NCBI RefSeq assembly: GCF_000372725.1
Contig: NW_005201791.1
Coordinates: 1-64,000 of the forward strand
Direction of reading: 5' to 3'
Length of the DNA: 64,000 bases
Source: Emiliania huxleyi CCMP1516
Lineage: Eukaryota
The position numbers and the translations under genes were made by a program. The notes under the pieces were generated by a model that did no database searches, was not told where the DNA came from, and was given only the letters and a program-made list of their open reading frames with translations. How positions within the stretch are numbered: the first letter of the stretch is position 1; every line of letters begins with the position of its first letter. Below, one piece after another: positions 11,959 to 23,900 of this stretch.

Positions 11959-12840
11959 ATGTCGGCGCTCACATCGCTCTACAGACCCGCCGAGTCGCAC
12001 ACCATCTATCCGTCGCGCGCCGTGCGGAGCGGCGCGCCGAGGTGGTGCCATCAGCTCATCGAAGCGCAGGAGAATGGGCGCTGCATCTCTCCGTTCACAA
12101 ACATCCCTGCGTCGCTCCGAGTGCCGCTGCACCTGCACCGCGACGCGTACCTCGCCGAGGTGCAGCGGGCCAGTGCGCCGCAGACGAATCTCACGTGGAT
12201 GTCGGGCCAGGGCCAGGATTGGTGGGTCTGGTACAACCACGCGCGCTTCCTCAACCGCAGCGCGACGTACGTCGACCTCGCCGCGAACGACGCGATCTGG
12301 CGCTCGAACACGTACTTCTTCGATGCGTGCCTTCACTGGCAGGGGCTCCTGATCGAGCCCAACCCGGTGCATTACGCGCGTCTCCGCCGCGAGCGAAGCG
12401 GTACGCTTGTGCCGGCGTGCGTCTCCAACACGACGTCGAACGTGAGCTTCCACGAGGGGCTCGGCTGGCGCGGCGGGTCTTCCAAGCTTCTGCCGGGTGC
12501 AGCGCGGCCGGAGGGCCACGGCGTGCGGACGGTGCAGTGCCGCTCGCTGCAGTCCATCATCCTCGAGGGCGGCCACCGCCACATCGACTTCCTCTCGCTC
12601 GACATCGAGGGCCACGAGGTGCAGGCGCTCTCGAGCATCGACCTAAGCAAGGTGCGCATCGACATCATCATCAGCGAGAACCCGCGCGTCGCCGAGCTCC
12701 TCCTGCGCAACGGCTACCGCCTGCAGTCGAGCGCGCACGACAACATCTTGCTGCGCAACCATTTCCAGCCCGCCATCACGCGGCACGGAGGCAAGGTCAC
12801 CGACCGCACGTCGAGCGGTTTTGAGAACAGCTGTGACTAG
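11959..12840 (+). CDS. FkbM-family (Methyltransf_21/Star-like) SAM methyltransferase
   Basis: GQGQDWWV..YVDLAANDA..SNTYFFD..WQGLLIEPNP..IDFLSLDIEGHE..L.SID..IDIIISEN; intronless 293 aa ORF. Confidence 0.9.
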   Translation: MSALTSLYRPAESHTIYPSRAVRSGAPRWCHQLIEAQENGRCISPFTNIPASLRVPLHLHRDAYLAEVQRASAPQTNLTWMSGQGQDWWVWYNHARFLNRSATYVDLAANDAIWRSNTYFFDACLHWQGLLIEPNPVHYARLRRERSGTLVPACVSNTTSNVSFHEGLGWRGGSSKLLPGAARPEGHGVRTVQCRSLQSIILEGGHRHIDFLSLDIEGHEVQALSSIDLSKVRIDIIISENPRVAELLLRNGYRLQSSAHDNILLRNHFQPAITRHGGKVTDRTSSGFENSCD

Positions 12841-13346
12841 GAGGCAGGTTAGCCGTCGAATACCAAATACCTGTACCTGTGCCTGTATATGGCGCCCGGC
12901 CTGAACACTCGCCAGCTCGCCGCTCGATGTCAGTCAGACATGATGTCTTCCGCCAGCTCAGCCTGCTTCACCTACCTAGTGTCCTCCTTGCCCAAAGTGC
13001 GGTCCAAGTAATCCTGCGCCGACCTGACCTCTGTGTCTGAGTGAGCATTGTGTGTCTGACAAGGTGCACTCTGGCGTCTGAGCTGAGGGAGAAAGAAAGG
13101 GAAAGCACGAAAGACTTAACCCCTAAACGGCGTTCCTTTACATATGTAAAGGAACTCATTGTTATTTTATTCCTTTGCAGGACGGCTGGTCGCAGCGACG
13201 GCCGATCCAGCAGTCGTCTGCGACATGGCAGTGGCCCCGGGTCATGTGCAGGGCGGTCTACGCGAAGCCTGCCTTTACACGCGAGCTCAAGCTCCAACGC
13301 TGGCGCAAGCCGGGCGCAGAGCGTGCAGGCGCTCACACAGGACTGC

Positions 13347-14870
13347 TCACATACAGTTGCAACAATCCCCCCCCCGCTGATAGCTGCCACTTCCTTTACC
13401 GGAACGGGTGCTACGGTGGCACTCGCATGTTTCGGGCGGTTTTATTTGGTCGGGTCGAATGTCTGCCAATTGGCAGTCCTCCATCCTGCGAGCCCTCATG
13501 TCTCTTGACGTCCACGACCTCTCATCTTCCGCGGTGATGAGATCGACGATCTCGTCTTCAGACAGCCGACGAATCTGGTCACAATTGCAACCGCAGTCCT
13601 TGTCGCAGCAGTAGCAATGTGATGGAAGCGTGGTGCATGGGAGTTGGCCGTTGCACCCGTGGCTGTGGACGGAGCAATCGTTGCCGTGACCTCGACCTGG
13701 GCTGCCGCGGCATAAGTGCCAACCATACATGCATGACATGTCGTCGCATGTACGTTCCGGAGGCGGCTGCGGACTCGGCGGTGGAGGTCGTGGAGGCGGC
13801 GGCTTCGGCGGCGGCGGCGGCGGCGGCTTCGGCGGCGGCGGCGTTGGGTACGCCTTGCAACTGGCAGTGAACTTCTGACACCCCTCTGCCTGTGATGACG
13901 ACCATACCATCTTTAGTTCGCACGGATCCTGGTTGAGGCCCCACATGCCGTCCGGTGGTGGCGGGGCGCCAGAGCTCGCCATGTTGCAAGCATGGCCATC
14001 ATCACGGCTCACGTAGCACCAATAGTAGTCGGTTTCGCTCCACTTGGCAAGGTGCGGGTGCGATTCCGGGCATTCCCAATCCTGTCTGAGGCAGCTCGAA
14101 TCGGTCTGCCCGCTGTACAGGAAGAACTCCCCGGACTGCCCGCCGGCTGACACTGCCCTCATGAGGTTCTTTGGCTGGTCGTAGTTGACTGCGCTGTGGT
14201 AGACAAGGGTAGCCCCACTGCCGGCCGTATACCCTGTCGTGTGGACGTACAGGCGCTGCTCGACGGCGTCGGGATGCCGTAGGTAGAAGAGATGGCTTTC
14301 GTCGGCGGCGTGGACGACAGCAAACCCCCCCATTGGGTAGTCGCATTGATCTCCATCTCGAGCGCGGCGCATGGTCAGCTCGCTCTTATGAACAGGCACA
14401 GGCTCCCCCACAGTTGGCCCCAGGCACCACTCGGTCCCTTCATACTCAAAGCCTCGTAGCACCATCGCACCGTCGCAAAGCAGGATCGACATGGGGGCAA
14501 AAGGGGGCGAGGGCGGCGGTGGCAATGACGGCGGCGGTGGGGCGGGCGGCGGTGAGGGCGGCGGAGGGTAGGAGGTGCAAACGGCATCAAACAGCTGGCA
14601 CGCTGTAGTCCCTGACAGAGGCTTGCAGCATGGCGCAATCCCGGCGCAGCCTGGAAAGTTGGGATGGATTTCGTCAACCTCCTTCTTGTATGAACCGCTT
14701 TTGCATGCATCGGTGCCTTCCTCGTACGCCTCGCCAGTATAGCCGCCTCCCGGCATCCACTTCGCCAGGCAATTCTCGGGCGCGTTCGAGGCGAGGCAGT
14801 AGTCGGGGTGCTGCGCGCTGAAAAGGTAGAAACGCCCGTGGTCGAGGCTACCAGCCGACACGGCTTTCAT
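13347..14870 (-). CDS. Cys- and Pro-rich probable extracellular protein; 5' end uncertain
   Basis: 507 aa ORF with a repeated NLM.AVSAG...F.L.S module, SPPPP linkers and Cys clusters. Confidence 0.6.
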   Translation of the reverse strand: MKAVSAGSLDHGRFYLFSAQHPDYCLASNAPENCLAKWMPGGGYTGEAYEEGTDACKSGSYKKEVDEIHPNFPGCAGIAPCCKPLSGTTACQLFDAVCTSYPPPPSPPPAPPPPSLPPPPSPPFAPMSILLCDGAMVLRGFEYEGTEWCLGPTVGEPVPVHKSELTMRRARDGDQCDYPMGGFAVVHAADESHLFYLRHPDAVEQRLYVHTTGYTAGSGATLVYHSAVNYDQPKNLMRAVSAGGQSGEFFLYSGQTDSSCLRQDWECPESHPHLAKWSETDYYWCYVSRDDGHACNMASSGAPPPPDGMWGLNQDPCELKMVWSSSQAEGCQKFTASCKAYPTPPPPKPPPPPPPKPPPPRPPPPSPQPPPERTCDDMSCMYGWHLCRGSPGRGHGNDCSVHSHGCNGQLPCTTLPSHCYCCDKDCGCNCDQIRRLSEDEIVDLITAEDERSWTSRDMRARRMEDCQLADIRPDQIKPPETCECHRSTRSGKGSGSYQRGGDCCNCM

Positions 14871-15744
14871 CAGATTCTTCGCATCAGACTTGGCTGCGCT
14901 GTTCCGAGCTCAACGCTTCGCGCGCACGCGAGCAGAGTGAGCGGGAGAGTCAGGCCAGGTTCTTGGGCTTCATGGGCGTCCCCAAGTGATTAGCTCATAG
15001 CACTGCTGGCATGACACGCATAGTGGGTGGGTGCGAGCCAGGTGCGAGCGGCATGGTGGGCTCCGGAATGGGTACCGTGCGGGTGCGGACGGAAGAGAGA
15101 GTGCATGTACGAGAGCTAGCATGCGCATGCTCCGCAGGGGCAGGTGAGTACTGGTCAAAACAACCATTTGCACACTTGTTTGCAACAAAATGCGTTGCAA
15201 ATGCGACATTTTATGGATCTGGAGTGACACTATGGATTTCGGGTGACACAGGTTTATCTAGATATCTAGCATAGAGGCGGCCCAAGTGTCACTAACGTTA
15301 CAAAACCTTGATTGCGCAAAAAGGTACATCTCGGTGCCTTCCAGAGGCAGCTGCGACCCCACTCAGGTAAAAAACGGAACCAAAAGAATAAAGAAAAATT
15401 AATCAAGGCCATAGCGTTAGGTTAGGAGAAAAAAGAATGAGAAACAGCTGCCTCTGCGCGTCCTGGGTATGTACCTTTGTCGCGCGCCGGAGACGACTCG
15501 ACGCCGCTGAGATCGGAGATCAAGCTCTGACAGGTCGCACGTCGCTCCTTTGACGCCGACGTGACTCACCCGTGCAGATCACATCAGGACACGGTCTCGA
15601 CACGCTCGGTACGACGCCTGCGACCCGTCTTGGGTCAGGTGGCACGACGCTCATCGCGCCTACCAGCGCTGCCGTGCAGGTTGCCACGACGAGGTCGAGC
15701 ACGCTTCTATACGCTCGCCCAGCCTTCCTTTCCATCCCGTTAGG

Positions 15745-16042
15745 CAGCCTGGGAACGGTGGCGGTCAGAGGCAAAGCCTGCGAGGGGTGGTGGAACCACA
15801 TGTCACGGCTACCGCCGGCTCGACCCCACGATAGCCTCCGGAGGCTGACTTTGAGGCACAATCATCGGACGACGTCGGCGAGTTGAGTCGCGCTCGCGGT
15901 AGCCAGATGACCTCTCATACTAGTATCATCGGCCATGGCCGCAGGAAGCGCGGGGGAGGGCGCTGGGAGCAACACGGAGCTCCGTTGGACGCGTGTTCAA
16001 GATTAGCGTGTCACGTGTCAGAGAGTGAATTGGAACTGCCTA
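15745..16042 (-). repeat. Dispersed repeat, inverted partner of 7425-7714
   Basis: Direct sequence comparison. Confidence 0.85.
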
Positions 16043-16297
16043 GATAGTAAAATCGCAACCTGTTACACGCCTTACCCAAGAGCGCCAACCACTCTTTGGA
16101 GCGCCGCCACCAGGGTATGTTGAATGTTCGCACCCTCCCCCCGCGGTCGAGGTCATGATGTTAGAGTCGAGAGTGGACAGAAGGGCTGAGCCGTCTGCCA
16201 CGCACCCCCGACTGCGAGAGCTGGGCGTGTGCGCTCCCGCCCCGCGACCCGGACCCGCTCCCAGTCACAGATCTAACGTGGCCGCTCGGACCGACCT

Positions 16298-17759
16298 CTA
16301 CGGGGGCGGGCTTCTTGGTGAGTCAGGCGGGTGCCCGTCGAGACTCCTGCCCTCCTCCCACGCCTTCACCCGCGCCGCCGCCTGCGCCGCCGTGATCTGC
16401 AGGTAGTTGTACACCACGAAGAAGATGAGCGTGATCACGTAGCCGCACGCCTGCGTATGTGTGTAGGAAGGTGAAGAACAGCCAGGCTCGGACTGGACAC
16501 CAGCGCGGTATGGGTGGACGCGAGACAGATGATGACGGCACGCTCGAGCGACACACAGACACAAACAAGCTCACTAGACACGCCTGCAGCGACGGCGGAT
16601 GCAGCGAGGGCGGTAGCGCGGAGGGCGGTGGCAGTGAGGGCGGAGGCGGCGAGGGCGGCAGCGAGGGCGGAGGTGTAGAGCGCAGGGGGCGTGGGGCCGT
16701 CACAGCCTCGCTGGGGGAAGGGAGACGGGGCGTATCTCACGGACCCTCTAGCGCGCCGGGGAGCTCTCGGGGACTCTCGGAGATTCGCGCCTGGATCGGG
16801 CTGATGACCTCGCCGAAGAGCACGACGCCGCTCACGACGACGCCCGCGTTGCGCGAGATGGAGAGCAGCTTCAGCATCACCACGTTTGTGCGCTGGATGA
16901 CCAGGAAAGAGGAGAGGTTGATCAGGCACCCCAGCAGGCAGGTCAGGCCGATGCCGACCCAGAAGGGCTCGATGGGCGGGTTGCGGATGTCCCCGGGCTT
17001 GAAGCGGGGCAGCTCGATGGTGGCGGCGGCGGCCGCGGTGAAGACGAACGTGGCGGGCGAGATGTACAGCAGCGCCTCCACCACGTGCATCTTGTATTGG
17101 CCGAGCAGCTTTTGGGTCAGGATCAGGCGCGTCGCCTCAAAGTACATCGACGAGAAGAAGATGAGAAGGCCGACGGGAGACGCGTGCACCTCGCCCGCAG
17201 AGGCGATGGTCGTGCCGACGCAGCTGGCGAGGACCGCAAGGACGGGCTTACGCTCCGGGTACCCGATCCCGAAGAAGCCCTGCATCATCATCGTCACGAG
17301 CGGCGCGTACCCCTTGAGGATCTCGATAAAGGAGACGGAAAGGTAGAGGTACGCGCTGTTGCCGGCGCAGAGGCAGGTGGCGGCGGCGAAGCCGACGACG
17401 ACTGACGCGCGTATAAGCGTGCCGTCGAACTCTCTCCTCGGCATCTCCCACTCGATGCAGCGCATGCGGGAGAGCAGCGCGGCGGCGACCGCAAAGACGA
17501 CGGTGGCGGCCTGCGTGAGGCTAGTGAGCACGATGGGGTATGGGAATCCGGAGGTGAGGAGGTACTTGTTGTTCAGGATCAGCAGCGGCCCGACCAGCGT
17601 GTACAGCACGCACACACCCACGGTGATGGTGATGTCGACCACGCTGCCACAGCGCCAGCTCTGCTCCTGCGCCATCGAAGCTGGCGGGACGCTGACATCC
17701 TCGCCGCTTGCGTCGGCCTTGCGCAGTGGCTGCACCTCCTCCATGTGGCTATTGCGCAT
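16298..17759 (-). CDS. Triose-phosphate/nucleotide-sugar transporter (DMT/TPT family), two exons
   Basis: LILNNKYLL..FPYPIVLT..GNSAYLYLSVSFIEILK..EATRLILTQKLL; second exon ACGYVITLIFFVVYNY at ~16451-16298. Confidence 0.9.
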
Positions 17760-17824
17760 GCGTGCGCCACCTCCACCATGTGGGCGCTTGCGGGCTTCCT
17801 AAGTTCGAGCTCTCAAAAACAAAG

Positions 17825-18609
17825 TGTTAATGGTTCGATCCTCCCCAGAGTCGAACTGGCAGCCACTCGCACCGAGGAGGCGAGGTGTGGCTACGTGACC
17901 CGAAAAGGCCAGAGTCAGGAGCAACCCTCGAGCTGGGTCGCTCATATACTCAACACGCCCCCACGACGCAGCACGAGGTTGCTGCTGTATCTCCGATACC
18001 GCCGTGTTTCGAGGTAGGGCAGGCGTTCCGGGACGCGAGTTCCCCCGGGTTACCTTGGGCACTATTTTCGATCTTTTTCGTAGCGCACACACGAAGGGAC
18101 TCAAATCTTCGCAGACCGCCGTCGACCTGGGAGATCTCACCGGAGGTACCATGTTAATGGTTCGATCCTCCCCAGAGTCGAACTGGCAGCCACTCGCACC
18201 GAGGAGGCGAGGTGTGGCTACGTGACCCGAAAAGGCCAGAGTCAGGAGCAACCCTCGAGCTGGGTCGCTCATATACTCAACACGCCCCCACGACGCAGCA
18301 CGAGGTTGCTGCTGTATCTCCGATACCGCCGTGTTTCGAGGTAGGGCAGGCGTTCCGGGACGCGAGTTCCCCCGGGTTACCTTGGGCACTATTTTCGATA
18401 TTTTTCGTAGCGCACACACGAAGGGACTCAAATCTTCGCAGACCGCCGTCGACCTGGGAGATCTCACCGGAGGTACCATGTTAATGGTTCGATCCTCCCC
18501 AGAGTCGAACTGGCAGCCACTCGCACCGAGGAGGCGAGGTGTGGCTACGTGACCCGAAAAGCCCAGAGTCAGGAGCAACCCTCGAGCTGGGTCGCTCATA
18601 TACTCAACA
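17825..18609 (-). mobile_element. Tandem TRIM-like non-autonomous LTR element (LTR-int-LTR-int-LTR)
   Basis: 131 bp LTRs at 17825-17955, 18152-18282 and 18479-18609 with TGTT..AACA ends; 5 bp TSD CAAAG at 17820-17824 and 18610-18614; PBS TGGTACCTCCGGTGAGAT; PPT-like GGGGGCG. Confidence 0.92.
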
Positions 18610-18842
18610 CAAAGTTCTTGCCCTCCGGATGGCGGCGTGCCGTCGTGTTCTCGAGGTTCTCGAGGTGGATATCCTTTGGCCGCGTTGGGTAGCGAGGATT
18701 GGTGTAACCCGAGCCACGGAGGCGTGTTTTCTGACGGCCGACCGTCAGTGCACGGAGTTGCCCCTTCTTTCTCCGACTGCCCCGGCTAGTTCCCGAGGGA
18801 GGTCGTCGGGTGTGACCCCTGCGTCCCCCGAGACCTAGCGCG

Positions 18843-18884
<42 letters not shown>

Positions 18885-18886
<2 letters not shown>

Positions 18887-19162
18887 TGGAGGTGGAGACT
18901 GGAGGCAGTGGTGGACCTATATTTGATGGTGAGAACGAGGACTGCGGACTGGGGGTTCAACCGGGAGGCAAAGGGTTCAACTTGGCGACGGAGGATTGTG
19001 CTTTGTGGGCCGTCGCGGGCACTGCATGCATGCATGCATCGCCGGAGGCGAGGCAGGCAGATCCGGATGGTTTCACCCGGCTGGAGGCACCGAGGCGTCT
19101 GGGACGCTCCACTCTACCTTAGGCTTAGCTCCTGAGGGGCGCGTGGTTGTAACCACGTAGTA
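18885..19162. repeat. Dispersed repeat; inverted copy at ~36950-37210
   Basis: Shared gggggttcaaccgggaggca...ggaggcaccgaggcgtctgggacgctccactctacctta...ggttgtaaccacgtagta. Confidence 0.85.
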
Positions 19163-19538
19163 TTAGTACAACACGCAACCATGGCGATTAGTTGTAAAAT
19201 CGGCGCGCCTAAAGAAGACCAGTCGCCCCCACAGCGCACAGGCGCCTGCCTCGTTTTCTTTCTGGCATTGTGCGCTCTCACGCCTCAGAGTCGAGCTCAC
19301 ATGTACGGCTCCACAGTTCTCACAGAGTTGTCTTAATAAATAAATAAACAAAGAGCTGGACAAATACCAAATTCCAACGGACCCACCTCTACTGTGAGAT
19401 GGGTAAAAAGGAACAGGTCCCCGCCCTTGGGGCCTTGTGATCTTCGTGCAGCGGTTTTGTCTCTGCTCTGTCGTCTGTGCTCTCTCATGTCTGTGAACGG
19501 AACAACCTTAATTTAACACAGCAAGAAAAGACATGCAC

Positions 19539-20708
19539 TCACAATAGAGTGCTAGAGCGCGGCTGCCCGGCGCGGCCGCCCGCCTTGCCGCCGCCGCGCG
19601 GCACGGGCAGCGCGACGCAGCGGTCGACGCGGCGAGTGGTGGGGTGGCCGTAGAAGCGGCGCGGCGGCGCGGCGGGCGGCGGCGTGCCCGCCGCCTCCGC
19701 CTCGAGGATTGGCGCGAGCCACTGCGGCGGCGGCTGACGGGTGGCCTCGCGCACGAGCCGGTACACGGCGGCGTCGTCCTCGGCGAGCCGCTTGCTGATG
19801 GGGGAGCCGCCGCGCAGCAGCCGCTCGAGCACCAGCCGCGCGGCCTTCCACGCCCACGGGGTGGCGTAGTAGAGCGCCGTGTCGAGCAGCCGCTTCGGCG
19901 AGAAGCGCTTCGCCGGGAAGGACGCCAGGTCGAGCGTGATGCGCACGTCGAGCCGCGTGCGCGCGCCGCCCTCGTTCCGCGGCGGCAGCGGCGTGAAGCG
20001 GCACTCGGCGCCCCCGAACGGCAGCTTGCGCACCTTGCGCGCCCAGGCGGGCAGCGCCGCGCCCGTGTCGGCGTGCTCCGACGCCGCGCGTGCGTACAGG
20101 CAGCCCTCGGCGGCGTCGGCGAATCGGTCCTCGACAACGACCGAGTAGTGGAGCAGCAGCGACGGCAGCGGCGGCATGCGCAGCCGGCAGAGCGCCTTCG
20201 CCGAGAGCACGCCGTCGGCGCCTCCCCTCGTCTGCAGGTCGAGGAAGCCGCCCTCTGCGGCGAGCGGGTTCCAGGACGGCAGCAGGTCCGCCTCTGCGAA
20301 GAGCGCAAAGACCTCGGCCGCGCCGTGAGGCGCCTCGGCGACCAGCCGGATCTCGTACTCGCAAGAGTCGGCGGCGGCGCGGCCAGCCTCGCCCGGCCGC
20401 TCCCGCACTACGCGCGTGTAGACCTGGAGGTGCGCATCAGTGCCGGCGTCGCACTCCCGCGAGAGAGCCCACCCGTGCGCCTCCGCCTCGGCGCGAGCCG
20501 CGTGCACGGCCGCCTCGTCGAGCGCGGCGACGGCGGCCGAGGCGGCGGTGCTCGGCCGGCGGCGGCGGAGCAGCAGCAGCAGCAGCAGGCCAAGCAGCAG
20601 CGTCGGCAGCGCCGCGGCGAAGAGGGCGGGAAGAGGCGGCGAGGAGGGCGGCGCCGGCGGGAGCTCGCGCGAGGGCCGCCAGGGCCGCCAGAATCGCGAG
20701 CGCAGCAT
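19539..20708 (-). CDS. Membrane-anchored START/SRPBCC-like domain protein
   Basis: N-terminal hydrophobic segment, then EVFALFAEADLLPSWNP, which resembles START domains; intronless ORF. Confidence 0.55.
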   Translation of the reverse strand: MLRSRFWRPWRPSRELPPAPPSSPPLPALFAAALPTLLLGLLLLLLLRRRRPSTAASAAVAALDEAAVHAARAEAEAHGWALSRECDAGTDAHLQVYTRVVRERPGEAGRAAADSCEYEIRLVAEAPHGAAEVFALFAEADLLPSWNPLAAEGGFLDLQTRGGADGVLSAKALCRLRMPPLPSLLLHYSVVVEDRFADAAEGCLYARAASEHADTGAALPAWARKVRKLPFGGAECRFTPLPPRNEGGARTRLDVRITLDLASFPAKRFSPKRLLDTALYYATPWAWKAARLVLERLLRGGSPISKRLAEDDAAVYRLVREATRQPPPQWLAPILEAEAAGTPPPAAPPRRFYGHPTTRRVDRCVALPVPRGGGKAGGRAGQPRSSTLL

Positions 20709-20909
20709 GTCCCGTGAACCCAGGGCCTCCAGGGCTCGCACCTCAACCTCTCACGACCGGCATAGCATGTGAAAATAGAGAAAAACGGATGCGCCAAAAA
20801 GAGGGCTACACACGGCCCTCTACGCTGGGCGCAGAACATTTTTTTGCCCGCTGTGTTGGTCCGTGCCCGACAGTCCGAGCCGAGAGTATATTGACGAGGC
20901 CGCACATTA

Positions 20910-23900
20910 ATGTCTCTCTTCGCCTCGCTCGGCGCCGCCACGCTCGAGTACAGCACGCGCGAGCGTCGCGCCGCGCTCCGCCGGCCGCTCAACCTCTGGG
21001 ACTCGCACTCGCTGAGCGGCTCGAGCGAGGGCTGCCTCTCGCCACAGCATCGCGGCCAGTCCTCTTCCGACCGCGCATCGTCCGAAGACGGCGACGAGGT
21101 GCCGTCCAGCCCCGGAGAACCGCGCTCGTCGGTCGGCGACGTGCTCGGCCTCCTCGCGTCGCTGGAGCCGCTCCTCGCGCTGACGCACGCCCTCGCGCTG
21201 GAGCGGGGCACCACGACGGGGTGGGTCGCGAGCTGCGGCACGAAGCTGGCGCAGGCGGCGGCGACCCGTCGCGCCGTGACGGACGCCGCACTGGCGGCCG
21301 CGCCGGGCGACCACGCCAACCTCGCCGCTCTGCTCAGCCGCTGCCGCACCTCGGCGGACCGCGACGTCGCTGCGGCCAGCAAGGGTTCAACGAGCGCGGC
21401 CGAGGAGGGGGCGGCCTTTGTGGCGACGATGGGCGGGTACAACGCGCTGGCGTACCAGGCGCTGGCGGTGCTCTCCGAGCTCCCCGCGTGCGCCGCCGCC
21501 ACCGCCGTCTCCGAGTTTGCGGCGCTCAAAGAGACGTTTGCGCAGATCCGCGGCTATGTGACGGGGGCGCTGCTGCTGCGCGACGCGGCGCTCGCGGCGG
21601 TGCACGGCCAAGTCAAGGGGAGCCTCGTCATAGCGTTTCACCGCCGCCGCGCGTACGCGCGCTCGATCCGCCACCAGACGCCGCGCCGGCTGCTGCGCCT
21701 GATCGGTGCGGGGCTCGAGCTGCCCGCGGGCTTGGCGCAGGTCACCCACGCGCGCTCCGGGCCTTGCACATTGAATGCCATGGGGGGCTCCTGTCTCTTA
21801 GACGTGGGGTCGCGAGGGGCTTGGAGGGCCGTTTTCGATTTGGTGCTAGCCCTGCTGACAATGGGGGTGTTCCTCGCCACGGCCCTCGCCCCGCCACCTC
21901 GTGTGTGTGGAGAAGTGCGCCTCACCCGGCCTGGCCCCGCGCAGGTCGTGCAGCGCCTCGAGGTGGAGTGCGACCTCGTGGCCCTGCGCGCCACCCTCAA
22001 GCCGCAGCAGTGGTGGGGTCTCGTCACCGCCCACATCGACAGCCTCGAGACAATGCAGCACCTGCTCCTGGGCGCGTGCGCGCGGACGGCGCAGCGACGC
22101 GCCGCCGCCGTCGCGCTCGGCGCCGGCGCGCCCGCCGCGCCGCTCTCCACCGGCCCGCGCGCCGCCTCGCCGCGCCGCCGCCCCTCCCTCCGCCAGCTCA
22201 GCGACGACGAGCCGTCGGCCGGCTCGGTTGGCTCTGTCGGCTCGACGTGCTCGGCGGGTTCGGGCCCGGCGTCGCCGCCCCGCGGCGGCCACCTTCCCCG
22301 CGCAGCCGACTCGTACACGCGCCTCTTTGGAAGCCCGGGCTACACCGACCCGCCCGCGCTGCACCGGCGCCCGAGCGACCCGCTCTGCCGGCCGGCCGGC
22401 GGCAGGCCGGCAGGAGGCGCGTCGGCCGCGCCCGCGACGCTGCTCCAAGCCGCCGCGCTGCTGACGCTCGGCCGCGCGGCGGTGCGCCACGGCGCCGACG
22501 GCGCGAACGAGCTCGCCTCGCGCCTGTCGCAGCTCCCCGCCCGGAGGCTCAAGGAGTCACTCCTCGCGCTGGTCGACGAGCGGATGGCGCGCCACTCCGC
22601 CTCGCCCTCGCCCAACGCGTCGCCCGTGGTGACGCGGCTGCACGGCGCCGCCGGCGCCGAAAACACGCCGCCCGCCTCGCCGCCCGCCTCGCCGCGGAAG
22701 TCGCCTCCGAAGCCGGCGCTGCCCGAGGCGGCGCTGCTGCAGCCGCCCGACGGCGCGCGGCTGATCGGCCTCTCGGAGATCCTCTTTGCGCACCGGATCG
22801 GCGAGGGCGGCGCCGGCGCCACCTACCTGGCGCAGTGGAACGGCGCGACCGTCGCTGTCAAGGTTGCCGGCGGCGTCTGCAAGTGGCTCGAGTCGTGGCG
22901 TGCCGAGGTGGCTGCGCTGACCGAGCTGCGCCACCCGAACGTGGTCGAATTCCTCGGCTGCGTGGTGGAGCCGCCCACGCACTGCCTCGTGCTGCAGTTC
23001 TGCGAGGGCGGAGACCTGTACGAGGCGCTCCGCAGGCCGACGCCCCCGGGGCTCGCCCTCAAGGTGGGGCGCGGCGTCGCGGCGGGGATGCTCTACCTGT
23101 GCCCCCCAGCCGCAGCCGCGTCGGCCACTGCTGGGGACGCGCCCACGACCACGTCTCCGCGGTTGCGTCCTAGGCACAAGAAGAACTACATCCACCGCGA
23201 CCTCAAGTCGTCGAACGTGCTGCTCGACGCCTCGGGCACCGCCAAGCTGATGGATTTTGGGCTCTCTCGCCAGCTCGATGTCGACGCGGAGGCGAGAGGC
23301 CGCGAGAGGCCGCGAGAGGCCGCGAGAGACGCTCGCCCCTCGCCCCTCGCACCGGAGGGGGCCTCCTCACCGCACCCCCCCCTCTCCCCCCTCTCTCTCC
23401 CCCCCCTCTCTCCCCCCTCTCTCCCCCCCGCGACGCAGGAGCAGCTGACAGCCGAGACGGGCACCTACCGCTGGATGGCGCCCGAGGCGCTCTAAATGAA
23501 CTATTGATCAACTACCAATTAACTATTAATTAACCGCTGGATGGCGCCCGAGGCGCTCCCGGCGAGAGCGGGCGTGACGCGCCCCCCCTAGCCACGCCGA
23601 CGTCGGACACGAGCCTCGTCCGCAGGTGATCCGGCACGAGCCCCATATCTCCCCATATCTCCCCACATCTCCCCATATCTCGCCCTCAGGTGATCCGGCA
23701 CGAGCCCTACTCCGCCTCCGCCGACGTCTTCTCGTACGCGATGCTCTGGTTCGAGCTCATCACCCACGAGGTGCCGCGTGTGCGTGTCCCGTGTCCTTCC
23801 GTTGGGGTGGGGGGACCGAGGGGCAGGTAAATCCCTCCCCCACGTGCCCCGGGCTTCGCACGGGGTGTGCTGGGGGGCTCCTGTCTGGGGGGGGGAGATG

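Noticed and set aside
17799..18599. Repetitive 266 aa ORF or CRISPR-like array
   Set aside because: The 'spacers' are near-identical and the structure is fully explained by the LTR/internal array; no cas genes.
21780..21900. Apparent TM helix between the NIT domain and the kinase
   Set aside because: Lies inside the in-frame 204 bp retro-derived intron.
20090..23173. 1027 aa Arg/Ala-rich ORF
   Set aside because: Shadow frame of the START-like and NIT-kinase genes.
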